Source: Candidatus Dojkabacteria bacterium
GTDB lineage: Bacteria > Patescibacteriota > Dojkabacteria > B142 > WJKM01
Assembly: GCA_014729085.1 (NCBI GenBank)
Contig: WJKM01000009.1
Location: 61,973-125,972, forward strand
Direction of reading: 5' to 3'
DNA: 64,000 nt
Position 1 is the stretch's first letter. Each line of letters opens with the position of its first letter. The notes under the pieces were generated by a model, which saw only the letters and a program-made list of their open reading frames with translations, searched no databases and was not told the DNA's origin. Position numbers and translations under genes: made by a program. This document shows, one piece after another, positions 56,638 through 64,000 of this stretch.

Positions 56638-58080
56638 ATGAAAATGATAACTAAAAGAACAAAAATTGTGTGTACATTAGGACCCTCAACTTGGGATAAA
56701 AAGTCAATATCCCGGCTATTTAAAGCAGGAATGAATGTAGCTAGAATTAATACTGCGTTCATTGAAGATTTAAAAGAACTAAAGGAAATAGCAGATATTG
56801 TTAGAAGTATAAGTTCAGAAATAGCTTTGATGCTGGATATTAAGGGTAACGACGTACGTTTGAATAATTTTTCAACTCCAATTAAATTGAAAAAAGGAGA
56901 TGAAATTGTTATTGGTAGTTCAACTGGTGATCAGATATATCCTGCAAACTATCTTGACTTATACAAAGATCTCAAGAAGGGAGATGAATTATTTTTTGAT
57001 GATGGTTATGTTAAGGTTGTGGTTGAAAAGATTAGTAAGAAAAAAATATATTGTAAAGTAAGAGAAGGTGAGGTATTAAATCCCGGTAAGTCGTTAAATA
57101 CACCTGGTATTTACCTATCTTTACCTCCAATAACAAAAAAGGATAAAGAGCAGATAGATTTTTGTGTAAAAGACGGATGGGATTTTGTTGCGGCTTCATA
57201 TATTAGAGATAAAAAGGATGCTCAAGCTGTTATGAAATATCTCAAAGACACTAATGTTCATGTAATTGCAAAAATTGAGGAAGGGATGGGAGTTTCTAAC
57301 ATTGAAGATATAATTCAGGTAGTTGACGGTATAATGATTGCGCGTGGAGATATGGCAGTCGAAATGCCCTATGAGCAAATACCATCAATTCAAAAAATGG
57401 TTATTTCTTTATGTAATATCGCTGCAAAGCCGGTTATAAATGCAACAGAAGTTGTAAATTCCATGAAAAACCAACCAAGACCAACCAGAGCGGAAATAAC
57501 GGACGTAGCCAATGCAATTCTAGATGGAACCGATGCAATTATGACTTCAGGTGAAACTTCGGTAGGAAGATATCCTGATGAAGCAGTACGTGCTATCTCT
57601 AGAATAGCTGTAGAGAATGAAAAATATTTGGAGTCGATGTTAATTGAATCTAGAATTAAAAAACAAGATCAGATTGCAGTAGCAATGACTGAAGCAGCTT
57701 TTCAAGTAATTTTTGAGCTTGATATTAATAAAGTATTTGTAATCACTCAGACAGGAACTACAGCAAGAATGCTTTCAAGGTATGATCTTCCTGTAGAGAT
57801 AGATGCTTTTGTTCCAAATGATACAATCAAGAGGCAACTTGCAATGACAAAGGGAGTAACTTCATATGTCTTCCCACCACAGCATAAAACTGAGGATTAT
57901 TCTTTACTTAAACTTGTTGAGTACGCCATTAATAACGATCTTACAAAATCATCGGACAAAATATTAATCTTTGGGAAAGTATACTGGACAGAAGTTGATT
58001 TTCCAAATATTTTTGAATACGTTGAAATGAAAAAATTCCTAAAGGATATGAAGGATAAACTGGAAATTAAAAAATCATAA
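56638..58080 (+). CDS. pyk: Pyruvate kinase
   Basis: KRTKIVCTLGPST, MNVARINTAF, MIARGDMAVE blocks. 480 aa. Confidence 0.85.
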   Translation: MKMITKRTKIVCTLGPSTWDKKSISRLFKAGMNVARINTAFIEDLKELKEIADIVRSISSEIALMLDIKGNDVRLNNFSTPIKLKKGDEIVIGSSTGDQIYPANYLDLYKDLKKGDELFFDDGYVKVVVEKISKKKIYCKVREGEVLNPGKSLNTPGIYLSLPPITKKDKEQIDFCVKDGWDFVAASYIRDKKDAQAVMKYLKDTNVHVIAKIEEGMGVSNIEDIIQVVDGIMIARGDMAVEMPYEQIPSIQKMVISLCNIAAKPVINATEVVNSMKNQPRPTRAEITDVANAILDGTDAIMTSGETSVGRYPDEAVRAISRIAVENEKYLESMLIESRIKKQDQIAVAMTEAAFQVIFELDINKVFVITQTGTTARMLSRYDLPVEIDAFVPNDTIKRQLAMTKGVTSYVFPPQHKTEDYSLLKLVEYAINNDLTKSSDKILIFGKVYWTEVDFPNIFEYVEMKKFLKDMKDKLEIKKS

Positions 58081-58085
58081 GTGAT

Positions 58086-58619
58086 ATGATCGAATTGGAG
58101 AAAACATATTTGGCAAAATATATTCCTGAAGATCTCTCAGACTCTAAATATATTGAAATATGTGATAAGTATTTCCCTGTAAATTCAACCCACCCCGTAT
58201 TAAGATTGAGAAGAAAGAATAAGAAATACTTACTTACTAAAAAAAAGCCATTATCAAAGCATGATTCTTCAAAACAAAAAGAAGAGACTATTATCCTTTC
58301 TCAAGAGGAATACAAAACTTTCCTTGCAATTCCAGGGCGGAAAATCTATAAAAGACGTTATTTTTACGAATATAATAATAAAATTGCAGAGTTTGATGTT
58401 TTTTTAGATAAACTTAAAGGACTAGTAACTATTGATGTTGAATTCCAAAATGAAGAAAATAAAAATAGATTCAAAACACCAGAGTTCTGTTTGATTGAAG
58501 TTACACAAGAAAAGTTTATTGCGGGAGGAATGTTATGTAGGAAGAGTTATAAAGATATAAAAAATGAGTTAGAAAATTTTAATTACAAAAAATTAAATTA
58601 TAGTTTTTCTAGGCAATAA
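58086..58619 (+). CDS. CYTH-domain protein (CyaB/thiamine-triphosphatase-like)
   Basis: N-terminal IELEKTYL (EIE(R/K)K(F/Y)L motif), an acidic patch and size about 177 aa. Confidence 0.45.
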   Translation: MIELEKTYLAKYIPEDLSDSKYIEICDKYFPVNSTHPVLRLRRKNKKYLLTKKKPLSKHDSSKQKEETIILSQEEYKTFLAIPGRKIYKRRYFYEYNNKIAEFDVFLDKLKGLVTIDVEFQNEENKNRFKTPEFCLIEVTQEKFIAGGMLCRKSYKDIKNELENFNYKKLNYSFSRQ

Positions 58620-58631
58620 CTTATGAAAAAT

Positions 58632-58657
58632 AAAGACGGGTTAATAAACCCGTCTTT
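58632..58657. terminator. Bidirectional rho-independent terminator between convergent genes
   Basis: AAAGACGGGTT-aata-AACCCGTCTTT (11-bp stem, 4-nt loop) flanked by A-run and T-run sequences. Confidence 0.6.
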
Positions 58658-58678
58658 ATTTATGACTAGTCTATAAAT

Positions 58679-59998
58679 TTATATCAAGTCCTTACTTTTA
58701 ATTATCTTTTCTAATTCATTTTTACCTTCTTCGGACAAGCTGTACTTTACTCGAGTGTAGGGTTTTTCAATCTTTATGAATCTTGCTAGATCAATAGGAG
58801 TTCCAATAACTACACTATCGCAATCTACTTTATTAATCGTTTCTTCTAAATCTTCCATTTGTTTATCGCTATATCCCATTGCAGGAAGAATGGTTCCAAT
58901 TTCTGGATAATGTTGATATGTTTCTTCCATTTTACCTACAACATATGGTCTTGGATCTACAAATTTAGCAACTCCAGTTCTTTCAGCTGCTACATAGCCA
59001 GCTCCAATTTTCATTTCTCCATGTGTTAAAGTTGGGCCATCTTCAATGACAAGGACATTTTTATCTTTAATTACTTCTGGATCTTCAACTTCAAGGGTAG
59101 ATTCAGCTTTTATAATTTCTGCATCAGGATTATATTTCTTCACATTATCTATGACTGTTTGTATATCTTCTTTTTTAGCAGAATCAATTTTATTAAGCAA
59201 GACTATATCTGCCATTCTTAAATTTACTTCTCCCGGATAATAACTAACTTCATGACCTGGTCTTAAAGGATCTGCTACAACTATTGTTAGATCGGATTTA
59301 TAAAATGTCATATCGTTATTACCTCCATCCCATACAATTACATCAGCTTCCTTTTCTGCCTCTCTTAATATTGCTTCATAATCGACCCCAGCATAAATAA
59401 TACTTCCCATATTAATATGGGGTTCATATTCTTCCATTTCTTCTATTGTACAATCATATTTATCTAGGTCTTCTAGTTTTTCATATCTTTGAACTCTTTG
59501 TTTTTCTAGATCTCCATAAGGCATCGGATGTCTAATTGAGACGACTTTCTTGCCAGCTTCTTTTAATATTTCCACAACTCTTCTTGTTGTTTGGCTCTTT
59601 CCGCATCCTGTTCTTACAGCAAGAATAGATATTACAGGCTTAGAACTTTTTAACATGGTTTGGTCAGATCCCAACATCGAAAATTTTGCACCTGCTGCCA
59701 TTACTTTGGAAGCAAGATGCATAACGTAGTCATAGGAAAGATCACTATATGAAAGAACACATTCATCTATATTTTCTTCTTTAATAATTTGCTCTAAGTT
59801 TTTTTCATCTTTAATCGGTACACCATCAGGATATAAGTCACCAGCTAGACTCGCTGGATACTTTCTTCCGACAATATCTGGTATTTGGGTTGCAGTGAAA
59901 GCCACAACTTCGGTGGAATCATCTTCTCTATATACAGAATTGAAATTATGGAAGTCTCTTCCAGCTGCCCCTAAAATAAGGATACGGTTTTTTTGCAT
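58679..59998 (-). CDS. Uncharacterized two-domain protein with an internal P-loop (Walker A VRTGCGKSQT)
   Basis: A 439-aa ORF with an N-terminal Rossmann-like segment ILILGAAG and a mid-protein P-loop. It may belong to the DUF1611 or cyclic-2,3-diphosphoglycerate-synthetase-like families; I cannot confirm either. Confidence 0.3.
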   Translation of the reverse strand: MQKNRILILGAAGRDFHNFNSVYREDDSTEVVAFTATQIPDIVGRKYPASLAGDLYPDGVPIKDEKNLEQIIKEENIDECVLSYSDLSYDYVMHLASKVMAAGAKFSMLGSDQTMLKSSKPVISILAVRTGCGKSQTTRRVVEILKEAGKKVVSIRHPMPYGDLEKQRVQRYEKLEDLDKYDCTIEEMEEYEPHINMGSIIYAGVDYEAILREAEKEADVIVWDGGNNDMTFYKSDLTIVVADPLRPGHEVSYYPGEVNLRMADIVLLNKIDSAKKEDIQTVIDNVKKYNPDAEIIKAESTLEVEDPEVIKDKNVLVIEDGPTLTHGEMKIGAGYVAAERTGVAKFVDPRPYVVGKMEETYQHYPEIGTILPAMGYSDKQMEDLEETINKVDCDSVVIGTPIDLARFIKIEKPYTRVKYSLSEEGKNELEKIIKSKDLI

Positions 59999-60201
59999 AT
60001 TTTGTATATTAAAAAATAAAATAATGCAATTTCTAAGAGGAGTAAGGATTGATTAATTAGATGAATATATTATCAATATAGACCAGGTTCCATCTTTTTG
60101 CAAATTTATGTTGAATCTAGAAACTAGTTGTTTAGAAATTTAAATGTAGATTAGCTTCACAAAATGAATAGAATCAACTGATTTTACGAATAATATTCCT
60201 A

Positions 60202-60233
60202 CATTTAAAATTTCCGGGACAGGCTTATCATCC
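60202..60233 (-). other. Conserved about-31-nt tRNA-trailer motif, copy B (GGATGATAAGCCTGTCCCGGAAATTTTAAATG in tRNA orientation)
   Basis: The 19-nt core cgggacaggctt(a/c)tcatcc differs at 1 position between the copies. Both lie exactly 27 nt past the tRNA 3' end. Confidence 0.5.
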
Positions 60234-60260
60234 TGCAAAGTATCTATGTAGAATTCTAAG

Positions 60261-60346
60261 TGCCGGGAGCGGGACTCGAACCCGCACGCTTTATTAAGAG
60301 CAAAGGATTTTAAGTCCTTCGTGTCTACCAGTTCCACCACCCCGGC
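60261..60346 (-). tRNA. tRNA-Leu (anticodon TAA), class II
   Basis: Manual fold: acceptor GCCGGGG/CCCGGC(T), anticodon stem AAGGA/TCCTT with loop CTTAAAA, long variable arm, T-arm GCGGG-TTCGAGT-CCCGC, 86 nt, discriminator A, no CCA. Confidence 0.85.
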
Positions 60347-60385
60347 TATTAATTATCAGTGTGCAATTCTAGTTAAATAAAAAAG

Positions 60386-60462
60386 TGGAGGCCACGGTGG
60401 GATTCGAACCCACGCATAGGGGTTTTGCAGACCCCTGCCTTAACCAGCTTGGCTACGTGACC
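60386..60462 (-). tRNA. tRNA-Cys (anticodon GCA) with genomically encoded CCA
   Basis: Manual fold: acceptor GGTCACG/CGTGGCC, anticodon stem GGGGT/ACCCC with loop CTGCAAA, T-arm GTGGG-TTCGAAT-CCCAC, discriminator U followed by CCA (74 plus 3 nt). Confidence 0.85.
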
Positions 60463-60586
60463 GTTATAATGCATTATCTAGATTTATTAAAGATCCTTTA
60501 ATTGCCTAACAAAATAAATTCAGGATTGTATATTATTAAGCAAGAATAATTATAACAAAATCGAATTTGATGTTAATAGACAAATT

Positions 60587-60985
60587 TTATACTTTTGTCC
60601 ACTTTAATCCATAATGTATTATGCCATCTTTTCCATCCTCAAAATATTTTCTGAAAGTCGGAATAAAAACATCTCCCTTTTGGAGTTTATTATAGTCAAC
60701 GTCAACTATCTGAGTTGTAATTCTCTCGCCATTTTTAAATTCCAGAATACCAACAATATAAGGTTTCATATCTTCAAAACCAGCAGGTGGTGCATTGACT
60801 TCAGACCAAGTTATTAACTTTGCTTCGTTTTCAAATCTATACGCTTCGAATTCGGTATTGCTGTTTTCAGGTTCGACGAAGACTGGTGGATAATACGCTT
60901 TGTCAGTTTTTTTTGATTTACTGCCAATTAATAGATATCTACTTTTAAATTTTCTCCAAATTTTTGAGGGTGATTTTTTATGCAT
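60587..60985 (-). CDS. DUF35-like OB-fold protein (scaffold partner of thiolase/HMG-CoA synthase) lacking zinc-ribbon cysteines
   Basis: It is directly downstream of the thiolase gene. It has the yyPP motif and a C-terminal OB-fold-like region (YIVGILEF..GERITTQIVD) typical of DUF35. No Cys anywhere. Confidence 0.5.
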   Translation of the reverse strand: MHKKSPSKIWRKFKSRYLLIGSKSKKTDKAYYPPVFVEPENSNTEFEAYRFENEAKLITWSEVNAPPAGFEDMKPYIVGILEFKNGERITTQIVDVDYNKLQKGDVFIPTFRKYFEDGKDGIIHYGLKWTKV

Positions 60986-61010
60986 TTTAATTATTGTATT
61001 TAATTATTTA

Positions 61011-62153
61011 TTATATTTTTTCAAATATGTTTACAATACAGGTAGCTCCGCTACCTCCTATATTATGTGTTAGGCCATATTTCATATCTTTTTGAACTTG
61101 TCGTTTACCTGCTTTTCCGGTAAGTTGTTTAACAATTTCAACTGCTTGCTTAACTCCAGTGGCACCTACAGGATGTCCTGCTGCTTTAAGCCCTCCGGAC
61201 AGGTTTGTTGGAATTGAGCCATCCATTTGAGTATCTCCAGATTCCACAAATTGACCCCCTTTACCTTTCTCAACAAACCCAAGATCTTCATAAGCTAAAA
61301 TTTCAGCTATTGAAAAGCAGTCATGTACCTCCATAATATCAATATCTTTATTTTTAAGCTTTGATTGTTTAAATGCTCTTTCTTTAGCTTTGATTGTAGC
61401 TTCTAGAATTGTGATATCTTTTCGATCATGTAAGGCAAGGGAATCTTGAGCATGTCCAGATGCTATTAGTCTAATCTCAGATTTTTTCTTTGATGACATT
61501 ACAATTGCAGCCGCTCCATCTGAAATAGGAGAGGAATCGAAAAGTTTTAAAGGATCAGCAACAACCGGAGATCTTAAAACCTGTTCAACAGTAATCTCTT
61601 TTTGGAAATGTGCGTCTGGATTAAGAGTACCGTGTTTATGATTTTTTACAGAGCACATTGCTAGCTGTTCATGACTTGTTCCATATCTATTCATATGCTC
61701 TCTTGCGATCATTGCATAAAGTGATGGGAAAGTCACACCATAAAAAGCTTCCCATTCCTCATCGCTTGCGCCTGATAAACCTTCAGTTGCATTTTTAGTG
61801 TTTACATCGGTCATTTTTTCAACTCCTAGAATCAGGGCATTTTCTGAAGATCCACTAAGTAAATCAAGGAAACCAGCTCTAATTGCTGCAGAACCTGAGG
61901 CACAAGCTGCTTCAATATGAAACGCTGGACAATCCAGACCTAATTCTGTTGCAAATAAAGCACCTAGGTGGTCTTGTCCTGTGTAATGGGATGCTGCCAT
62001 ATTTGCAACATATAACACATCAATATCCTGAAGATTTATTTTAGAGTTTTGAACGGCATTAACTGCAGCCTCAACTCCAAGATCTCTAAAGTCTCGTTTC
62101 CAAAGTTCCCCAAATTTGGTTGTGTAGCCTCCGTTAACATATACTTGTTTCAT
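61011..62153 (-). CDS. Thiolase (acetyl-CoA C-acetyltransferase, archaeal/SCP-x-like type)
   Basis: The active-site Cys region EAACASGSAAIRAG, the C-terminal NIGGSGATCIVNI and overall 380-aa thiolase colinearity. Confidence 0.8.
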   Translation of the reverse strand: MKQVYVNGGYTTKFGELWKRDFRDLGVEAAVNAVQNSKINLQDIDVLYVANMAASHYTGQDHLGALFATELGLDCPAFHIEAACASGSAAIRAGFLDLLSGSSENALILGVEKMTDVNTKNATEGLSGASDEEWEAFYGVTFPSLYAMIAREHMNRYGTSHEQLAMCSVKNHKHGTLNPDAHFQKEITVEQVLRSPVVADPLKLFDSSPISDGAAAIVMSSKKKSEIRLIASGHAQDSLALHDRKDITILEATIKAKERAFKQSKLKNKDIDIMEVHDCFSIAEILAYEDLGFVEKGKGGQFVESGDTQMDGSIPTNLSGGLKAAGHPVGATGVKQAVEIVKQLTGKAGKRQVQKDMKYGLTHNIGGSGATCIVNIFEKI

Positions 62154-62169
62154 TTAAAACGTGTAAAAA

Positions 62170-62601
62170 TTAGATTTGGCTTGAATTTTTTTCAACTTTT
62201 ATGTCTGTTTCTTGTATTTCATCGAATTGATAGAAACCTGTTTTGGGATCTTTCTTTATTTTGAAATATCTTACCGGAATTTTTAACTCTTTTTCACAAT
62301 AATAAATCTCAGCAGCTACACCATCAGAGACTTTATCAAAAACCCATAGTTCATTAGCTAATCTGATTAAATTATCATTGACATCATATATCAATTTTCT
62401 TGAGATAGTATCCCCAAAAAAATAGTTAAAATTCATGAATGGATTAAGGGGAACTAATTTTTTTTCTAGAATAAATTTGGATATATGTTCTCTTAGAAAA
62501 AATTTTTGTTTAGAGTATGCAGGATATATTACCTTGAATTTTTTCCTTTTTCTCTTTAAATCATTTTTATTTATAATTTTTTGAATTTTTTTAATCATCA
62601 A
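62170..62601 (-). CDS. Hypothetical protein (possible nucleoside-2-deoxyribosyltransferase-like/DUF4406 fold)
   Basis: A weak pattern (LVPLNPF...ELWVFD..SDGVAAEIYYC) only. Confidence 0.25.
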   Translation of the reverse strand: MMIKKIQKIINKNDLKRKRKKFKVIYPAYSKQKFFLREHISKFILEKKLVPLNPFMNFNYFFGDTISRKLIYDVNDNLIRLANELWVFDKVSDGVAAEIYYCEKELKIPVRYFKIKKDPKTGFYQFDEIQETDIKVEKNSSQI

Positions 62602-63394
62602 TATTTTTTAATTTTTTGTTAACAAGTATGAATATACCAAATAGTAAAACTAGTCCAGAACTATTAATCACAATATATGCAGTTGATTTTCTAAGCATTG
62701 AGTTCCGTTCCGTAACATTTGAATATACCCCTGAAACGTTGTATCCTCTTGAAGATAAGCCACAATCAGTATTTACATAATTTGAGAGAAGATTTGCAGA
62801 ATTTGTAACATCTACATAATGTGCAAGTTTGGAATAATTAAAAAATGTTCCTTTTGGGAACCATTTATATACAACTTTTGTCTCTTTGTTATTTTCATTA
62901 CCTTCCTGAATATTTTCAATTTCTACTTTCTTTTCTATTTCATCTGCAGGAAATAGAATTGTACAAGAAGCTACATCGCTTTGACCATTCATATCTATAA
63001 TTGAAAGTCTTACATTATAATATCCTGGATATTTAAATTGATGGGCAAGTTTTTTTTCACCGACGAGACCTGTTCCATCATCTATTCGCCAAATATACTT
63101 TTCAACCTCATCTTTATACGTTTTGGAAATAGAGGCATCAAATTCAATTATTCTATTTTCCCAGTCTATATTTGCGACAAATCTTGCAATAGGATTGAAG
63201 GCAGCTGGCCATATTTCTGAACCCTTTATTTTAACTAAGTCTGTAATATAAGGAATTGTAGAGAGTAAAAGTGATATTTCTAGAAAAAGAAAAATACATA
63301 ACAAAAATATTTTTAGTATTTTTTTATATTTTTTCTTAAAAAAATCAGTTGTAGTATTGAATAATCTTTCTATTGTCTTTTTCTTTTTAGCCAT
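62591..63394 (-). CDS. Membrane-anchored protein with a PKD-like domain
   Basis: An N-terminal TM helix. WRIDDGTG......HQFKYPGYYNVRLSIIDMNGQSDVASCTI matches the PKD pattern WdFGDG...HtY..pG.YtVtLtVtD. Confidence 0.45.
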   Translation of the reverse strand: MAKKKKTIERLFNTTTDFFKKKYKKILKIFLLCIFLFLEISLLLSTIPYITDLVKIKGSEIWPAAFNPIARFVANIDWENRIIEFDASISKTYKDEVEKYIWRIDDGTGLVGEKKLAHQFKYPGYYNVRLSIIDMNGQSDVASCTILFPADEIEKKVEIENIQEGNENNKETKVVYKWFPKGTFFNYSKLAHYVDVTNSANLLSNYVNTDCGLSSRGYNVSGVYSNVTERNSMLRKSTAYIVINSSGLVLLFGIFILVNKKLKNIDD

Positions 63395-63418
63395 AAGTAA
63401 TAGACTTCTGAAGTAATT

Positions 63419-64000
63419 TTAATGAATTAATTTCTCCGTATGACGGACATATTCACCATAGGTAAGATAGATTTTTTTATTCAGTTGCTCATCAATATCC
63501 AGATCAAATTTTAATTTATCAATATTTTTCCGGTAACTAATAATATTTTTTGTTACCTCCAAAGCTATTGAATCACTACCCGCTCCGGAACCATAGCTGG
63601 TTACTAAGATTTTTTCTCCCGGATTAGCATTATCTAATACAGCTGCAAGCCCTAATAAGGAACAGGCAGAGTAGGTATTGCCTAGTTTTGAGACTATGAA
63701 GCCATGTTTCAGTTGTTCTTTATTTACTCCAAGATTTTTTGCAGCAACTAATGGGAATTTTCCATTAGGCATATGAAATATAACATGGTTGAAATCTGAT
63801 ATCTGCATTTTGGCTTCTTTTAATAGTTGCTTGGTAGCGCTTTTAATGTGTTTAAAATATGCAGGTTTTCCGGTAAATCTACCTCCGTGTTTAGGAAAAT
63901 GTCTATGTTCCCTTCTCCAGAAATCGGGAGTATCGGAAGTATATGAGGTAGTATGGATTATTCTTGCGATAACATCTTTATCACCAACAATAAATGCTGC
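63419..64000 (-). CDS. HMG-CoA synthase, C-terminal part (gene runs off the window end; N-terminus not in window)
   Basis: Manual extension of the reading frame upstream of the Met at 63808 shows no stops up to position 64000 (..AAFIVGDKDVIARIIHTTSYTSDTPDFWRREHRHFPKHGGRFTGKPAYF..). The C-terminal block SYGSGAGSDSIALEV and the rest are colinear with archaeal-type HMGCS/MvaS. Confidence 0.7.
   Translation of the reverse strand, partial: AAFIVGDKDVIARIIHTTSYTSDTPDFWRREHRHFPKHGGRFTGKPAYFKHIKSATKQLLKEAKMQISDFNHVIFHMPNGKFPLVAAKNLGVNKEQLKHGFIVSKLGNTYSACSLLGLAAVLDNANPGEKILVTSYGSGAGSDSIALEVTKNIISYRKNIDKLKFDLDIDEQLNKKIYLTYGEYVRHTEKLIH

Noticed and set aside
60140-60340. 66-aa minus ORF overlapping tRNA-Leu
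   Set aside because: It overlaps a well-folded tRNA and its conserved trailer motif. Spurious.

Overview
This is a visibly AT-rich, gene-dense 64-kb window with coding on both strands, very short intergenic gaps and many overlapping start/stop junctions. It looks like a fragment of a small-genome, uncultivated low-GC bacterium (CPR-like); that taxonomic call is an inference. Bacterial markers I can see are MraY with the HHHFE motif, a P-type signal peptidase I (GDNR..S.DSR box), a LytR-CpsA-Psr protein, RNase HI, MnmA, a canonical TTGACA-N17-TATATA promoter plus a CIRCE-like inverted repeat in front of an Hsp20 gene, and a tRNA-Cys with genomically encoded CCA. Alongside these sit archaeal-flavoured modules: a mevalonate pathway with HMG-CoA reductase, both IDI types and the HMGCS/thiolase/DUF35 trio, plus GH57 and GH15 glucan enzymes.

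Blocks, in order:
1. 1-0.6 kb: Hsp20 (partial, minus strand) with promoter and CIRCE-like operator.
2. 0.65-10.6 kb: alpha-glucan/glycogen cluster (GlgA-like synthase, GH57, SLH-M14 peptidase, GH15, debranching enzyme, a small Cys-rich membrane protein, a second GH15).
3. 10.6-18.9 kb: RpiB, a transaldolase-family protein, NYN protein, aminotransferase, ALDH, TPR protein, HMG-CoA reductase, IDI-2, RNase HI.
4. 19-22.5 kb: LCP protein plus a flippase-like membrane protein, then an HD protein.
5. 22.5-24.4 kb: tRNA-Ser(GGA) locus with a degenerate duplicated tRNA copy, a secreted trypsin-like lipoprotein, and a 590-bp repeat-rich non-coding stretch carrying a 16-nt repeat of the tRNA 3' end.
6. 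24.8-31 kb: hypothetical genes, an NT5C3-like HAD nucleotidase, a thioredoxin-fold lipoprotein, a DMT transporter.
7. 31-38.7 kb: RlmI-like methyltransferase, MraY, MnmA, LepB, two Nudix-type genes, PPase with a Cys-cluster tail, Rpe.
8. 38.8-45.6 kb: two large secreted Cys-rich surface proteins (Fib_succ_major domain; a 1503-aa protein with Myxococcus-type Cys repeats, near-identical 120-bp tandem repeats and a C-terminal TM anchor).
9. 45.6-49.9 kb: PLDc_N protein, HAD, HisRS, DapF-like protein, class III adenylate cyclase.
10. 49.9-56.5 kb: mevalonate operon (GHMP kinase/PMK-like, MVD, IDI-1, MVK) interleaved with three HAD phosphatases and a Nudix hydrolase.
11. 56.6-64 kb: pyruvate kinase, CYTH protein, a P-loop protein, tRNA-Leu(TAA), tRNA-Cys(GCA), DUF35-like protein, thiolase, PKD-domain membrane protein, HMG-CoA synthase (truncated by the window end).

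I found no CRISPR array, rRNA, integrase or transposase. The most interesting items are the pair of giant Cys-rich surface proteins, the HAD/Nudix-laden mevalonate operon with both IDI types, and a conserved 31-nt motif placed exactly 27 nt downstream of both class-II tRNAs, next to an att-like repeat of the tRNA-Ser 3' end.
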